A stretch of DNA of 64,000 nucleotides. Source: an archaeon. GTDB lineage: Archaea > SpSt-1190 > DYHY01. The notes below the pieces were generated by a model. The model searched no databases. It was not told the DNA's origin and saw nothing but the letters and a program-made list of their open reading frames with translations. The stretch is from positions 16,738-80,737 of the forward strand of contig JAZDJS010000021.1 of the NCBI GenBank assembly GCA_043803745.1, in the 5' to 3' direction. A program made the translations under genes and the position numbers. Positions 46,459 through 56,138 of the stretch are shown here, one piece after another; the stretch's first letter is position 1; each line of letters begins with the position of its first letter.

Positions 46459-47304
46459 TCAGAGTCCGGCGACTTTTTTCCTTGCGGCCTTCACCGCCTC
46501 GCCAAAGGCAAGAATCCCCTCCTCACAAACAATCCCCCTGACGAACTTTTTCGGGATGAAGTCAAATGCGGGATTCTCAAGGCGGGCGCCGTGAAGGTGG
46601 AAGCCGAGTTCGGAAACCGGCCTCTTCTCAATGTGGATTTTCCCGGTTTCGGCAAACTTGATTAACCCGAGGACTGCATAAAGGGGCTTTCCGTGCTCCC
46701 TTGCGGAAAGGGCTAGGAGGGACGTCCCTATTTTGTTGACGAATCCGTCCGGGAGGAGCGCGTCAGCTCCGACGAGCGCAATGTCGGCTTCGGGCATGAA
46801 ATAATTCATCGCCGAATCAACGAACATCGTCTGGCGGATTCCCCCGGAGACGAGGTCCCTGGCAGTGCGGTGACCCTGGTAGCGGGGGCGCGTTTCAGTG
46901 TGGAGGACAGAGAATCTCGTACCGCGCGCCCGTGCTTCCCTGAGAAGTGATGTGACTGAAGAGGCGTGGCAATGTGTGATTATCGTCGAACCGGGCTTTA
47001 CGAGCGGGAGCCCCGACCGGACAATCCTGTCGGAATCGACCCCTATTTCGGAAAGGAGCTTGTCGCATTTCTTTTCGGGATTTCCCGAGCGAAGGACTGC
47101 GGAAAGGAGGTTCTGGAGGGCGGGCTCGGTTGGTCTCTGGGCGGCGAGGAGGGCTGCGCTCTTTTCAATCCCCGCTTTTCCCGGCTTCTCCGAAACAATG
47201 TAAAACCGCAGGGCTGAAAGGGCGCTCCGCGCAACGTTGATTGCGCCCTGGATTTGGAGGTCCCTTATCGCAATAGCGGTTTTCTCCACTTGGTTCGGTT
47301 TCAT
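46459..47304 (-). CDS. eIF-2B alpha/beta/delta-family protein (aIF-2BI / ribose-1,5-bisphosphate isomerase-like)
   Basis: 281 aa. IQGAINVARSAL...TIITHCHAS...VLHTETRPRYQG...ALVGADALLPDGFVNKIGT. Confidence 0.7.
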   Translation of the reverse strand: MKPNQVEKTAIAIRDLQIQGAINVARSALSALRFYIVSEKPGKAGIEKSAALLAAQRPTEPALQNLLSAVLRSGNPEKKCDKLLSEIGVDSDRIVRSGLPLVKPGSTIITHCHASSVTSLLREARARGTRFSVLHTETRPRYQGHRTARDLVSGGIRQTMFVDSAMNYFMPEADIALVGADALLPDGFVNKIGTSLLALSAREHGKPLYAVLGLIKFAETGKIHIEKRPVSELGFHLHGARLENPAFDFIPKKFVRGIVCEEGILAFGEAVKAARKKVAGL

Positions 47305-48221
47305 TTCGCATCATCAATCCTCTTCAAGGCGAGGATTCTTTTCGAGGTAAGGGGGTGACTCATGAAACCCTCGATGAAGGAAGATGGCTTTTCCCGCTCA
47401 AGAGCCTTCGAAAGCGCGCCGGAATCAAGGTCAAGATACTTTGCAAGGGCTTCCGGGGATTCCCCGGTGTTGTCCCCGATGTAAAGGCAGGAAACCGAAT
47501 CGTTCGTGTCTCCCTTGCCAATGCCGTAGGAAATCTTGACGAGCGCTTTCGCAAGGTTCCTTCCCCCCGAAATTCCCGAGGCGAATTCGTCGGCGGAATA
47601 CTCCCTAACGCGCGAAAGCCAAAGAACGAGGAATTGGCCTATGAACCGTGCAAGGAAGCCGCCTGCGAAAACGGCCAGGGAATTTCTCCGCTCCCTGTCC
47701 GAGGACCCCGAAAGCAGGATTATTGCGGCATAGTAGAGGAGCACGGGGATTAGCGACGCGATTGTCATTATGACGACATCCCTGTGCTTGATGTGGCCAA
47801 TTTCGTGGGCAATCACAGCCTCGGCCTCCTCCGGGGAAAGTTCCTTCAGAAGACCTGTGTGGAGGGCGATGCTTGAATCCGAGCGCGAACGGCCGAATGC
47901 GAAAGCGTTCGGAACGGGACTCCTGACAATCAGGACTTTCGGGGGCTTTGGGAGGCCCGCTTTTTTCGAGAGGCGGGCTACCGTTTCGAATATTTTCGGC
48001 GCCTGGCTGCGGGTGATTTCCTCGGCGCCGGTAATCCATCTGATTATTCCCGGGGCGAAATACCACTGGGCGAAGCCTATCAGGATTGTGAAGACGAGAG
48101 AAAGGAGAATCGCCGAAAACCCCGTTGTTCCGGAAAGGTAAAGGACGACCCCGAGAATTCCCGCAATTGCCCCGAAAAGCAGGACAATTGTGAAGTTCGC
48201 AACGGCTTCAAGTTTGCTCAT
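47301..48221 (-). CDS. htpX: M48-family zinc metalloprotease HtpX
   Basis: VIAHEIGHIKHRD (HExxH), N-terminal TM helices, ...FASGISGG... Confidence 0.8.
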   Translation of the reverse strand: MSKLEAVANFTIVLLFGAIAGILGVVLYLSGTTGFSAILLSLVFTILIGFAQWYFAPGIIRWITGAEEITRSQAPKIFETVARLSKKAGLPKPPKVLIVRSPVPNAFAFGRSRSDSSIALHTGLLKELSPEEAEAVIAHEIGHIKHRDVVIMTIASLIPVLLYYAAIILLSGSSDRERRNSLAVFAGGFLARFIGQFLVLWLSRVREYSADEFASGISGGRNLAKALVKISYGIGKGDTNDSVSCLYIGDNTGESPEALAKYLDLDSGALSKALEREKPSSFIEGFMSHPLTSKRILALKRIDDAK

Positions 48222-48823
48222 GCTATCGGGAGGCGCGGGCGGGTTTTAACGTTTTCTCCGGTGAAAAGCCAGACCTTGTAGGCGCCCTTCCTCCCCACGA
48301 GAATTCCCCGGGGGGGCTTTTCGTTCCTGTATAGGACGAAGAGCGCTTTCGAGTTTCCCAAGGCTGAGACGAGCTTCGCAAGCATTGCGCGTCGCCCGGA
48401 GTTTTTGGAAAAAAGGGCTGCTGCCAAGGCGCTCAGGAGGGGAAGTTTCCGAAGGGCGGAAAGTTCTCCTGCGGGCTTGCCAAGAAGAGGCGGGTTGAAA
48501 AGGACCCAGTCCGCTTTGGGGACTTTTGAAAGGAGGTCCGATTGAAAAAGGGGAATTTCCACTTTCCGCGCCCGGAAGTTCCTCTCGGCGGAGGAAATTG
48601 CGTCCGGGTCAATGTCGGAGGCTAGCACGCGCGCCCAGCCGGAGAGCTTCAGGTGAAGCGCAATGTAGCCGGTGCCGGTTCCAAGGTCGAGGATTGAAGA
48701 ATCCCTGGGGATTATTTTCTTTGCTGTTTCCAGAAGGAGAAGGGAATCCGGACCGGGGGGGCTCGCCCTCGGGCCAGCCCTAATCAACCCGCTTCCTTGT
48801 CTCAAGCTGGTCCTCATGCTCAA
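48218..48823 (-). CDS. Class I SAM-dependent methyltransferase (HemK/PrmC-like N-methyltransferase, NPPL motif)
   Basis: ILDLGTGTGYIALHL (motif I), VLFNPPLLG (motif IV). Confidence 0.55.
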   Translation of the reverse strand: MSMRTSLRQGSGLIRAGPRASPPGPDSLLLLETAKKIIPRDSSILDLGTGTGYIALHLKLSGWARVLASDIDPDAISSAERNFRARKVEIPLFQSDLLSKVPKADWVLFNPPLLGKPAGELSALRKLPLLSALAAALFSKNSGRRAMLAKLVSALGNSKALFVLYRNEKPPRGILVGRKGAYKVWLFTGENVKTRPRLPIA

Positions 48824-50126
48824 TCTTGCCCATCAAAAGGGATGCCGACTCCCCGCCGTGCCAGGTGAGGCGCGGGCGCGTCCTGACTGCGTAAACCTTC
48901 TCGCTGTTGTCATCGAGGAGGACTGCCGAGCCCTTCACCCGCGGAAGCCCCGAGAGGTATTTCTCAAGGGTGAAAACCATGTAGTTGGCCATTATCTTGT
49001 TGAGCGCATCGATGTCCGGGAGGGAAGTCACGCGGTGGGCAAGCACAATGTCGCACTGGCTCATCACGTCGGTGTGGATTTTTCCCGGCTGCTGGGTCGC
49101 GATAACCAGGGTTAGCCCTGGCTGGCGCCCTTCCCGGATGACCTGGAGAAGCGGTTCGGTTGCCGGAGTTGAACCCTCCCGCGGAAGGACCTCGTGAGCT
49201 TCGTCAATGAAAATCCAGGTCATCGGGATTTCCTTTTCCCCCTCGTCCCGCTCGAGGAGGGGGTGTTTCGCCGCCGAAAGGGTTTTCACCTCCTCGGTTT
49301 TCCTCGAGCCGGTCCTTGCCTGGAAAATCTTCTTGGTGAGGAGCCCTATAACCAGCGCGCGGATTGACCATCCGCCAATCGAGGATGAATAGGGCGAAAT
49401 GTCGAGGATGTTGATTTTCCCTGCCTTGATGATGTCCTTGAGCGGCGTGCCCTTCTCGTGGAAAAGCCCCCATTCAATTGCCGCGACAAGCTTGTTCTCA
49501 ACCGCGAGCTTGACCGTCTGGTCAACCGTATCGTCGCGCCGGACGCATTCAACAATGTCCTCGATTGTGAACTCCTCCTTGTCCTCCCGGATTGCCTTGA
49601 GGGCGCGCTCGAGGAGAACTCCCGGCATCGAGTTCTGGTCAAGCCCGAAAACCATTTCGAGGTCCTGGGCGGAAAGCTCGGAGGGCTTCAGGGCGAATGC
49701 GGTGTCAACGGGGATTCCTGCCTTTGTGAACCGCTCAACATGCCCAAAGGGGACTATCAGGTTAACGTCGGTAAGCGCCTTCCCCTCAAGGCCCCAGTTC
49801 TTCAGGATTGCTCCGTCCTTCATGTTCGGGTATTTCATTGTCCAGAAAATCCCCATAAGGTCGAATATCAGGACTGCGACCTGTTTCTTCAGCTTTTCCG
49901 GGAGAAAATTGATCTCCTCCGCAATAACCCCGAGGGTATAGGATTTGCCGGTTCCCCGTTTCCCGCAAATCAGCATTACGTGCGGGCGGGAAAGGTCCAT
50001 GTAGACCTCCCCGGAAAGGTTGATCTCGTCGCCGGTCTTGACATAGTGTTTCCCGATGAATCCTGTTGCGTCAAAGCCGAACTTCTTGACATCCTCCTCG
50101 TCGCGCCCGATGAGTATTTCCCGCAT
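48780..50126 (-). CDS. DUF87 / HerA-like P-loop ATPase (COG0433 family)
   Basis: Walker A ICGKRGTGKSYTLGVI. Walker B WIFIDEAHEVLP. IATQQPGKIHTDVMSQCDIVLAHRVT. Short N-terminal region with no full HAS barrel. Confidence 0.6.
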   Translation of the reverse strand: MREILIGRDEEDVKKFGFDATGFIGKHYVKTGDEINLSGEVYMDLSRPHVMLICGKRGTGKSYTLGVIAEEINFLPEKLKKQVAVLIFDLMGIFWTMKYPNMKDGAILKNWGLEGKALTDVNLIVPFGHVERFTKAGIPVDTAFALKPSELSAQDLEMVFGLDQNSMPGVLLERALKAIREDKEEFTIEDIVECVRRDDTVDQTVKLAVENKLVAAIEWGLFHEKGTPLKDIIKAGKINILDISPYSSSIGGWSIRALVIGLLTKKIFQARTGSRKTEEVKTLSAAKHPLLERDEGEKEIPMTWIFIDEAHEVLPREGSTPATEPLLQVIREGRQPGLTLVIATQQPGKIHTDVMSQCDIVLAHRVTSLPDIDALNKIMANYMVFTLEKYLSGLPRVKGSAVLLDDNSEKVYAVRTRPRLTWHGGESASLLMGKIEHEDQLETRKRVD

Positions 50127-50237
50127 TTCAGTGAAAATCCGCGGGCGGGATATTTAAGGATTCCAGGGAATGCTGCGGGGGGCCAGGAAAACCGCTCCAG
50201 CTTTTTTGAAGGGGGTTCAGTTACAGAGAGCTTCCGC

Positions 50238-50696
50238 TCAGACAGCTTCCAGCAAATTCAGGGGATGCGCTTCGATGGCCTTCTTTACGTCGTTCAAGGC
50301 AATCTGGCTGCTTGAATATCCCAGGCCTCTTCCGTAGCTTTTGTTTTCCTCGGGGCGATCTCCCTGACCAACCGCCACACAATACGGTTCGTCTCTTGGA
50401 GTCCGGAGGATTGTGTCCGCAGTGAAGGCTAGGAAATCTGCATAGCTTCTGACGTTGGGCTCAACGGATATTGCGACTTGCCATATTCTTAGACGGGGCG
50501 GGGAATTTGTTCCGGAAAAGTCAACCGCGTCCCCGTCCTGATAATCCAGCAAACAGGCGAGCTTTGCAGCTTCCTCGACCGCGCCGGCTATTGCCCGTCC
50601 GTAAGCGGATTTTTTGGATTTCTCAGGCATGCTTGGATGGAGAGGCAAGTTCACTATTTTATAAAAGCAATCTTTTTGGGAAAGTCTATTGACCAC
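50238..50696 (-). CDS. Hypothetical protein upstream of the HerA-like ATPase
   Basis: 152 aa, same strand, 111-bp gap to the ATPase. Confidence 0.35.
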   Translation of the reverse strand: MVNRLSQKDCFYKIVNLPLHPSMPEKSKKSAYGRAIAGAVEEAAKLACLLDYQDGDAVDFSGTNSPPRLRIWQVAISVEPNVRSYADFLAFTADTILRTPRDEPYCVAVGQGDRPEENKSYGRGLGYSSSQIALNDVKKAIEAHPLNLLEAV

Positions 50697-51171
50697 TTGG
50701 AAGGGATATATTTATAAGAGATGGCTGCGCATTCTTGGCGTGGGAGAATACGGCAAAAGGATTTCCTACCTTGAATACCGCTCGGAACCTGGGGCGCCGG
50801 ATTCCCTTGGGCCGGATTCGGCAAGACTGATTGGCGGTCTGAAAGGAAGCGGGATTGTCCTGAACTGCGGGGAATTTCCTGAAACGTCTCCCTTTTGCGG
50901 GGAATTCAAAGCCCGGCTTTCGGCGGGAACGGAAATGCGGTTCAGTTTTCCGGAATATGAACTCGCTGAAGGCCCCGGAAGATATGAGCGGACAATAACC
51001 GTTGAAATAAATGCTAACGAACCCGGAGGGATCAAGCGGGCTGAGGCGCTGGTAAAAAGATATGCTGGAAACAAGCATGCCAAGCTGGAACCAATTCCTC
51101 TGGAAAGACCGGCAAAACTCGCTGCCCCGGTTCCGGTTCGACAGCCTAGTCGGCAGGCTTCCCTCTTCTGA
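50689..51171 (+). CDS. Hypothetical protein
   Basis: 160-aa ORF. More protein-like than the antisense ORFs at 50686-51083. Confidence 0.3.
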   Translation: MTTWKGYIYKRWLRILGVGEYGKRISYLEYRSEPGAPDSLGPDSARLIGGLKGSGIVLNCGEFPETSPFCGEFKARLSAGTEMRFSFPEYELAEGPGRYERTITVEINANEPGGIKRAEALVKRYAGNKHAKLEPIPLERPAKLAAPVPVRQPSRQASLF

Positions 51172-52237
51172 CGAATAGGCTTGCTAGTTTCAGATACTTC
51201 CCCTCCCAGGAAAGGAATGCATTCTTGTCAAGGAAAAAGACCAGGCAGCCGCCGAAAATGAGCCCGACCGAGTGAGGCCAAGGGGCTTCCGGGGTCCCCT
51301 CCCGGGTTTTCTCGGTCACCGAAAGCTGGTATGCTTTCCGTTCTATTTCCCTCCGTTCGGTTGAAATCGTCTTCTTATCCCCGCTCGTCTCAAGGATGTC
51401 GCGGGAAATCAGCGTCATTTTCCGGGATTCGTCGGTAATGTTTCCGTCAAGGCGCGAGAGTTCCAGGAGGATTTCCTGCGCCTGGCTCGAATAGGCCGCC
51501 TCGCTGATTTTCCCGGAAGCCTTCTGCTCGTCAATAAGCTTGAGGCGTTCCTCGAGCTGGGCGCGGGTCTCCTGCTTCTCGGAAATTGTCCGGTTTATTT
51601 CGTTGCGCTCGGACGAAAGGTTCATTATTTTTTCCCAGAGGATCGAGTCAACCGTTGAAAGCACGTCCCGCTCAGCGGCAATCCTTTCGACGAACGCGGT
51701 TTCGACAGAGTCAACTGCCCTGACAACGATTGGAGCGAAAAGGTTTATTGCCGCGACGAAAAGCGTCATCGAGAGGAAGGGCCTGAGGACAACTGCGGCG
51801 CCTATCAGCCCGAATACCGCCCCGCTCGAGCCAATCAGGGTCTTCGTCGGGAAGAAAAGCAGGTTCACAAGACCCCCGAGAAAGCCGGAGGAAAGGAAAA
51901 TCAGGAGGGTTTTCCAGCCGCCGATTCTCCTTTCGACAATTGTTCCGAATACAAGTAGGAGCATCCCGTCGACAAGAAGGTGGCTTGGCCAGAGATGGAT
52001 GAACATGTATGTGAGGATGGACCAGGGAGCGTTGTAGTGGAGGCCGAGGGTTGCAAGAAAGTCATAGGAGGGGGAAACGAAGGGGAAGAAGCTCACCGAG
52101 AGATAGTAGATGAAAAGCGTTATTGAGAAAATGTATAGGGTGACCAGGGGGAGCCATTCCCGACCCGGAAGCTCCCGCTTCGGGGGGGCTGCTTTCGCCG
52201 AATTTCCGGAAGCGGCGCCGCGCCTTTTCTTCGGCAT
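51146..52237 (-). CDS. Rhomboid-family intramembrane serine protease with a coiled-coil extension
   Basis: GSSGAVFGLIGA (GxSG catalytic Ser) and a later TM His. The C-terminal half is predicted coiled coil. Confidence 0.65.
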   Translation of the reverse strand: MPKKRRGAASGNSAKAAPPKRELPGREWLPLVTLYIFSITLFIYYLSVSFFPFVSPSYDFLATLGLHYNAPWSILTYMFIHLWPSHLLVDGMLLLVFGTIVERRIGGWKTLLIFLSSGFLGGLVNLLFFPTKTLIGSSGAVFGLIGAAVVLRPFLSMTLFVAAINLFAPIVVRAVDSVETAFVERIAAERDVLSTVDSILWEKIMNLSSERNEINRTISEKQETRAQLEERLKLIDEQKASGKISEAAYSSQAQEILLELSRLDGNITDESRKMTLISRDILETSGDKKTISTERREIERKAYQLSVTEKTREGTPEAPWPHSVGLIFGGCLVFFLDKNAFLSWEGKYLKLASLFVRRGKPAD

Positions 52238-52255
52238 TTCAGTCAGTCCCGTGCT

Positions 52256-52462
52256 TTACTTGAGGGCGCCGCGCCTTTTCGCGCACTTGAAACACAGGTA
52301 AAGCTTCTGCGTAGGACGGTAATATTTCCCGATAAAGTTCTTCCCGCCCGTAAGCCCCTTGTCAATCATTGGCTTGTGCTGCACAATCGCCCTTGACTGG
52401 GGGATTCTTCTATGGCATGAATCGCAGGTAATCACCTTTTCGCTTCCTCTTGCTCCGCTCAT
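52256..52462 (-). CDS. Small zinc-ribbon protein, possibly ribosomal protein eS26-like
   Basis: 68 aa. ITCDSCHRRIPQSRAI...KLYLCFKCAKRRG follows the C-x2-C ... YxC-x2-CA pattern of eS26. Confidence 0.3.
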   Translation of the reverse strand: MSGARGSEKVITCDSCHRRIPQSRAIVQHKPMIDKGLTGGKNFIGKYYRPTQKLYLCFKCAKRRGALK

Positions 52463-53346
52463 TCCAGAAGCCTGTCCCGGCGGTTTTTAAAGAATTGGGT
52501 GCGGATTTCCGGGATAAAGCAAAGCTAGAAAAAGACCCACTTTCCAATGGGGACATGAGTCAGGAAATTCCATCTCGGATTCCATTGACTTTTTATGGAA
52601 TTATCGGAAGCGATTCCGCTGCGCTAGAGGCTTGCCAGGCCTTTCTGGGGGAGCCCGTTTTGGAAGCGAAATATTCCGGGCATTCCGAGACTGGCAAGAA
52701 CGTGCGTTTCTACGAGGCCAGGACAGAGAAGGGAATCCGCCGGGTTGCCTTGAAGATGTCCTCTGACCCGACATATGTCCCAATTGAAATCCTTGCCCTC
52801 GGGCTTGCCCGGCGCCTTGGAGCTAACACCTACCGCGCAGCTCCCTTGGTTGACGGTCTTCTGATGGAGCGGGTTGAAGGGGTTTTTTCACTTAACAAAA
52901 TGGAGCTTGCCGCCGAATGGGCATATGAAATTGGGACGCAGATGCCTTACCTGCTCCTTCTGGGCGCTTTCGACTGGGGACGTTGCAACAACTTCATGAT
53001 TAGCGGCGGGGAGAATAGAACTCCCCGGAAAGCGACAAGGATTGATTATGATTCCAGCTTCGTCGGAGAGCCCCTCCCTCCGGAAGAAGAGCTTGCGCAG
53101 GAGGTAATTGGCTGCCTCAAGGTTCCCCAAGCGGCAATTGAAAGGTTCGAAGCGGGCTTCCGGGACGGAAAAGCGCAGGTTGTAAGGAATTGGTCGCCCG
53201 GAATATTCGAGTATATTGATCGTTTCGCCGCAACTTATTCCGGAAATCAACCAGGCGGACCGGCTGCCCCCGATTTGGACTATGGGGCGATAAAATCAAA
53301 TATCCAAGAAACCCTCCTCCGTTGGGGGGCTTCTGAAATCGGCTGA
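52450..53346 (+). CDS. Hypothetical protein (possible kinase-like fold)
   Basis: 298 aa. LLGAFDWGRCNNF weakly resembles a kinase catalytic loop. Confidence 0.35.
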   Translation: MLRSFQKPVPAVFKELGADFRDKAKLEKDPLSNGDMSQEIPSRIPLTFYGIIGSDSAALEACQAFLGEPVLEAKYSGHSETGKNVRFYEARTEKGIRRVALKMSSDPTYVPIEILALGLARRLGANTYRAAPLVDGLLMERVEGVFSLNKMELAAEWAYEIGTQMPYLLLLGAFDWGRCNNFMISGGENRTPRKATRIDYDSSFVGEPLPPEEELAQEVIGCLKVPQAAIERFEAGFRDGKAQVVRNWSPGIFEYIDRFAATYSGNQPGGPAAPDLDYGAIKSNIQETLLRWGASEIG

Positions 53347-53414
53347 CCTGCTCCCAGACCCGTCTGAGTTCCCCAAGCGAAACGTTTATTACATAGAAAT
53401 GATTAACTTCCCGA

Positions 53415-54089
53415 ATGGGAGGGGTTGCTGCTGCTGCTAGAGGCTTTTCCAAGGAAAGCGTCAAAATCCTCCTTGAAGCGTGCGGGCTTGAGTTTCCCCA
53501 GCCAGAGCCAAGACAAAGCGTTCCTTTTGAAAATGGGCTTGTCGTGACAACCGACATACGGGCCCTTGGCGGGACTTGTGAGGAAAAAAGGTCCCTCACG
53601 CTTTACCTAGTAACCGTTCTTCCGTTCGGTTTTCTTGGGCAGGGTTTCCTCGACGAGGAAAGGCGGCTGAAGAAAGCCGGAGCGGAAAGGCAAAAAGTTT
53701 CGGAAGCACTTGTGCGGATGTTTTCCGACACATACGCAAGGACGGAAACTTTCCTTGTCGCGGAAGCAGGAAGTTTCGACGGGAAAAGAGGAATCTGCTT
53801 CTACAGGGATGTCGAGACGCCGGAAGGGGAACGCCTCATGGAAACTGTTGTTGATTACGGACCTCGGAGCCGTCTTGATTTCTCCCGGAAAGCTCCGATT
53901 GTTGCGGCAACCGCGAAATACCGGCTCGGTGCCTTTTACACTAATGCCGAAGCAACCGCGCAGGCGATAAGGGAAGCTGAAGCGACGACCCTTTTGCACG
54001 GGGCGGATGTGCTCAGGGCTCTCCGAGATTACAAGCAAGAGGAAGCCGGGATTGCCCTGGCCCTGATTGGACGGGCCGCAGTAGATTAA
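53415..54089 (+). CDS. Hypothetical protein
   Basis: 224 aa. Confidence 0.35.
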   Translation: MGGVAAAARGFSKESVKILLEACGLEFPQPEPRQSVPFENGLVVTTDIRALGGTCEEKRSLTLYLVTVLPFGFLGQGFLDEERRLKKAGAERQKVSEALVRMFSDTYARTETFLVAEAGSFDGKRGICFYRDVETPEGERLMETVVDYGPRSRLDFSRKAPIVAATAKYRLGAFYTNAEATAQAIREAEATTLLHGADVLRALRDYKQEEAGIALALIGRAAVD

Positions 54090-54181
54090 TTCAAGTGTAT
54101 TTTCTCGCAGGGACGGGGAGGAAAAATGAAAGAAGGCCCCCTGTTCTTAGGGGGCTTGTTTTCTTGTTCAGAGACCGAGAT

Positions 54182-55420
54182 TTAGAGTCCTAAATCCTGC
54201 GGGGTCACCAGGCCGATTCCTTCCGGAACCGCTCCGACGTTTATCTTACGCATGCCAACGACATACTTGACCGGCTTGCCCTTGAGCATGTCGAGGAGGC
54301 GGGATGTTATCACGCCGTCAAGGACGATTGCGTCCATCCCCTCAATGCCCTCGATGCTTCTCTGGAGCTCGGATATTGGAACGCGCCCGAGAATCTGGAG
54401 GTTGCTATCGAGGAGATATGCCGCCCTTGTCCCGACAATCTCGTCAATGAATTTCTTGAACGTTTCCCTGTGGGGGGTGTCAAGCTCAACCGGCTTGGCC
54501 GGGGCTGCCGGCGGGGCAACCATCCTCTGCTCCGGCGCAGGAGGCTGAGAATCCGTCCGTGTCTGCTGAGGCTGGGAATATCCCTGCCCTTGCTGAATCC
54601 CCCTCTGGGGCGCTTGGTCGGACTGGTCGGACTCGGAAATGTCGTCCCCCGTCGATGTTGGTATGTCCTGTATCGTTTCCCCGACCTGCTCGACCGCAAC
54701 GCGCGCCCTGAGGCACTTGTGCAGTTCCTTCTTCTCAAGCTCCTCGACTTCCTTTCCGGAAGGCGCGCGGGCAATGTAGTCAATGTCCGCGACTTGCTTG
54801 ACTTCCTTGAAAATCAGGTCTCCGCCCCTGTCGCCGTCAACGAAAAGGGTTGTTGTCTTTTTCCTGGAAAGCTCCGCAAGGCTTCCCGGCACGTGCGTTC
54901 CCCCGATTGCAACGCAGTTCTTTATCCCGTTCCTGAGGAGGTTCACCACGTCGGCCCGCCCCTCGACAACGATTATCTCGTCGCTATCAAGGATTCCGGA
55001 GCCGGCAGGCATCCTGTCCGGACCCCACTCGATTATTTCACCGATTCTCACCGATTCGCGGACCGCATCAGTCAGTTCCTGCGTGTCCGGAAGGGTTTCC
55101 CCTACGAGGTTCTTCAGTATTTCCTTCGCCCGGTTTATTATCGACTTGCGCTTGGAAATCCTGACATCCTCGACTCCGAGGACTTTTATCGTTGCAGTGC
55201 AGGGCCCTACCCTGTCGATCGTCTCAAGGGATGCCGCAATTATCGCGGTTTCAGCCTTGTCCATGCTCGAAGGTATCTCGATTGTCCCGCTCGTCCTTCC
55301 GGACTTGGAGTCAACAAGGACCTCTATCCTCCCGATTCTTCCGGAACGCTGAAGCTCCCTGAGCTCCAAATCAGTTCCCAAAAGCCCCTCGGTCTGCCCG
55401 AAGATCGCCCCCGACAACAT
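54182..55420 (-). CDS. dnaG: Archaeal DnaG-type primase (TOPRIM domain)
   Basis: IIVVEGRADVVNLLRNGIKNCVAIGGTHVPGSLAELSRKKTTTLFVDGDRGGDLIFKEVKQVADIDYIARAPSGKEVEEL matches archaeal DnaG closely. Confidence 0.8.
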   Translation of the reverse strand: MLSGAIFGQTEGLLGTDLELRELQRSGRIGRIEVLVDSKSGRTSGTIEIPSSMDKAETAIIAASLETIDRVGPCTATIKVLGVEDVRISKRKSIINRAKEILKNLVGETLPDTQELTDAVRESVRIGEIIEWGPDRMPAGSGILDSDEIIVVEGRADVVNLLRNGIKNCVAIGGTHVPGSLAELSRKKTTTLFVDGDRGGDLIFKEVKQVADIDYIARAPSGKEVEELEKKELHKCLRARVAVEQVGETIQDIPTSTGDDISESDQSDQAPQRGIQQGQGYSQPQQTRTDSQPPAPEQRMVAPPAAPAKPVELDTPHRETFKKFIDEIVGTRAAYLLDSNLQILGRVPISELQRSIEGIEGMDAIVLDGVITSRLLDMLKGKPVKYVVGMRKINVGAVPEGIGLVTPQDLGL

Positions 55421-55611
55421 CAGGCTTTTCGATTACCCCGTTCGCCTGGATTTGTGCCTTGACTATGTATTTTGACGATACTGGTGCTATTTTTCCCATG
55501 TCTTTCTTTTTCTCCTTTCTTAATTTCATTCGTTCGTTTCCAGGTCAGTCAGAAGAACTTTCAGAAACCCAGCAAAAACACCGCTGTTCCTTGAACCGAC
55601 CGGGAGATTTT

Positions 55612-56013
55612 CTAGCCCTCATCAACCAGCTCGCATACATTCGCAAGCTGCTCGACAGCCGATTTGCCAAACAGTTTCGTCATTTTCCGGAAATGCATCA
55701 CCGGATGCATGCCGAAATCCTCAAGCGTTTGCGCGACAAGGTTCGCGAGTTTCGCGCCTTCCCTGTCAGGATCAGTTAGTATTATTGCAGACTTCGCCTT
55801 CGTCTCTTTCCTCAGGTCTTCTGCTACCTTTTTCTGCACGGGACCGGGTTTCTCCGATACCCGCAGCACCGGGTTGGTTATTCCGAGTGTTCTTAAAGCT
55901 TTCTCATCGTTTCTTCCCTCGACGATTATTGGCAATCCGGACTCCTTCAGCTCGGAAAGGAGTTTTTTCGCCTCTTTGAGGGAATTTTCCCGGGAGCTCA
56001 TCCAGGGCGACAT
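55612..56013 (-). CDS. Small stand-alone TOPRIM-domain protein (about 134 aa)
   Basis: LPIIVEGRNDEKALRTLGI...AIILTDPDREG. TATA CAAATATAAAC about 18 bp upstream of the internal ATG at 56013. Confidence 0.5.
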   Translation of the reverse strand: MSPWMSSRENSLKEAKKLLSELKESGLPIIVEGRNDEKALRTLGITNPVLRVSEKPGPVQKKVAEDLRKETKAKSAIILTDPDREGAKLANLVAQTLEDFGMHPVMHFRKMTKLFGKSAVEQLANVCELVDEG

Positions 56014-56138
56014 TTTCCCAAGTTTATATTTGGTTGTTTGCCCGAGCCCGCAAATTGCTTTCCTCTCAATTTTTCGGTCTTTTCTGAGGCCGCTTGAACA
56101 AACTATTTTAACCCCTTCCAAGTAATAGTCATGAGCCC

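Noticed and set aside
49458-50315. 285-aa + strand ORF opposite the HerA-like ATPase
   Set aside because: Antisense to an ORF with Walker A and B motifs. No motifs of its own.
54470-55462. 330-aa + strand ORF opposite dnaG
   Set aside because: Antisense to the DnaG TOPRIM gene. Arg/Pro-rich artefact.
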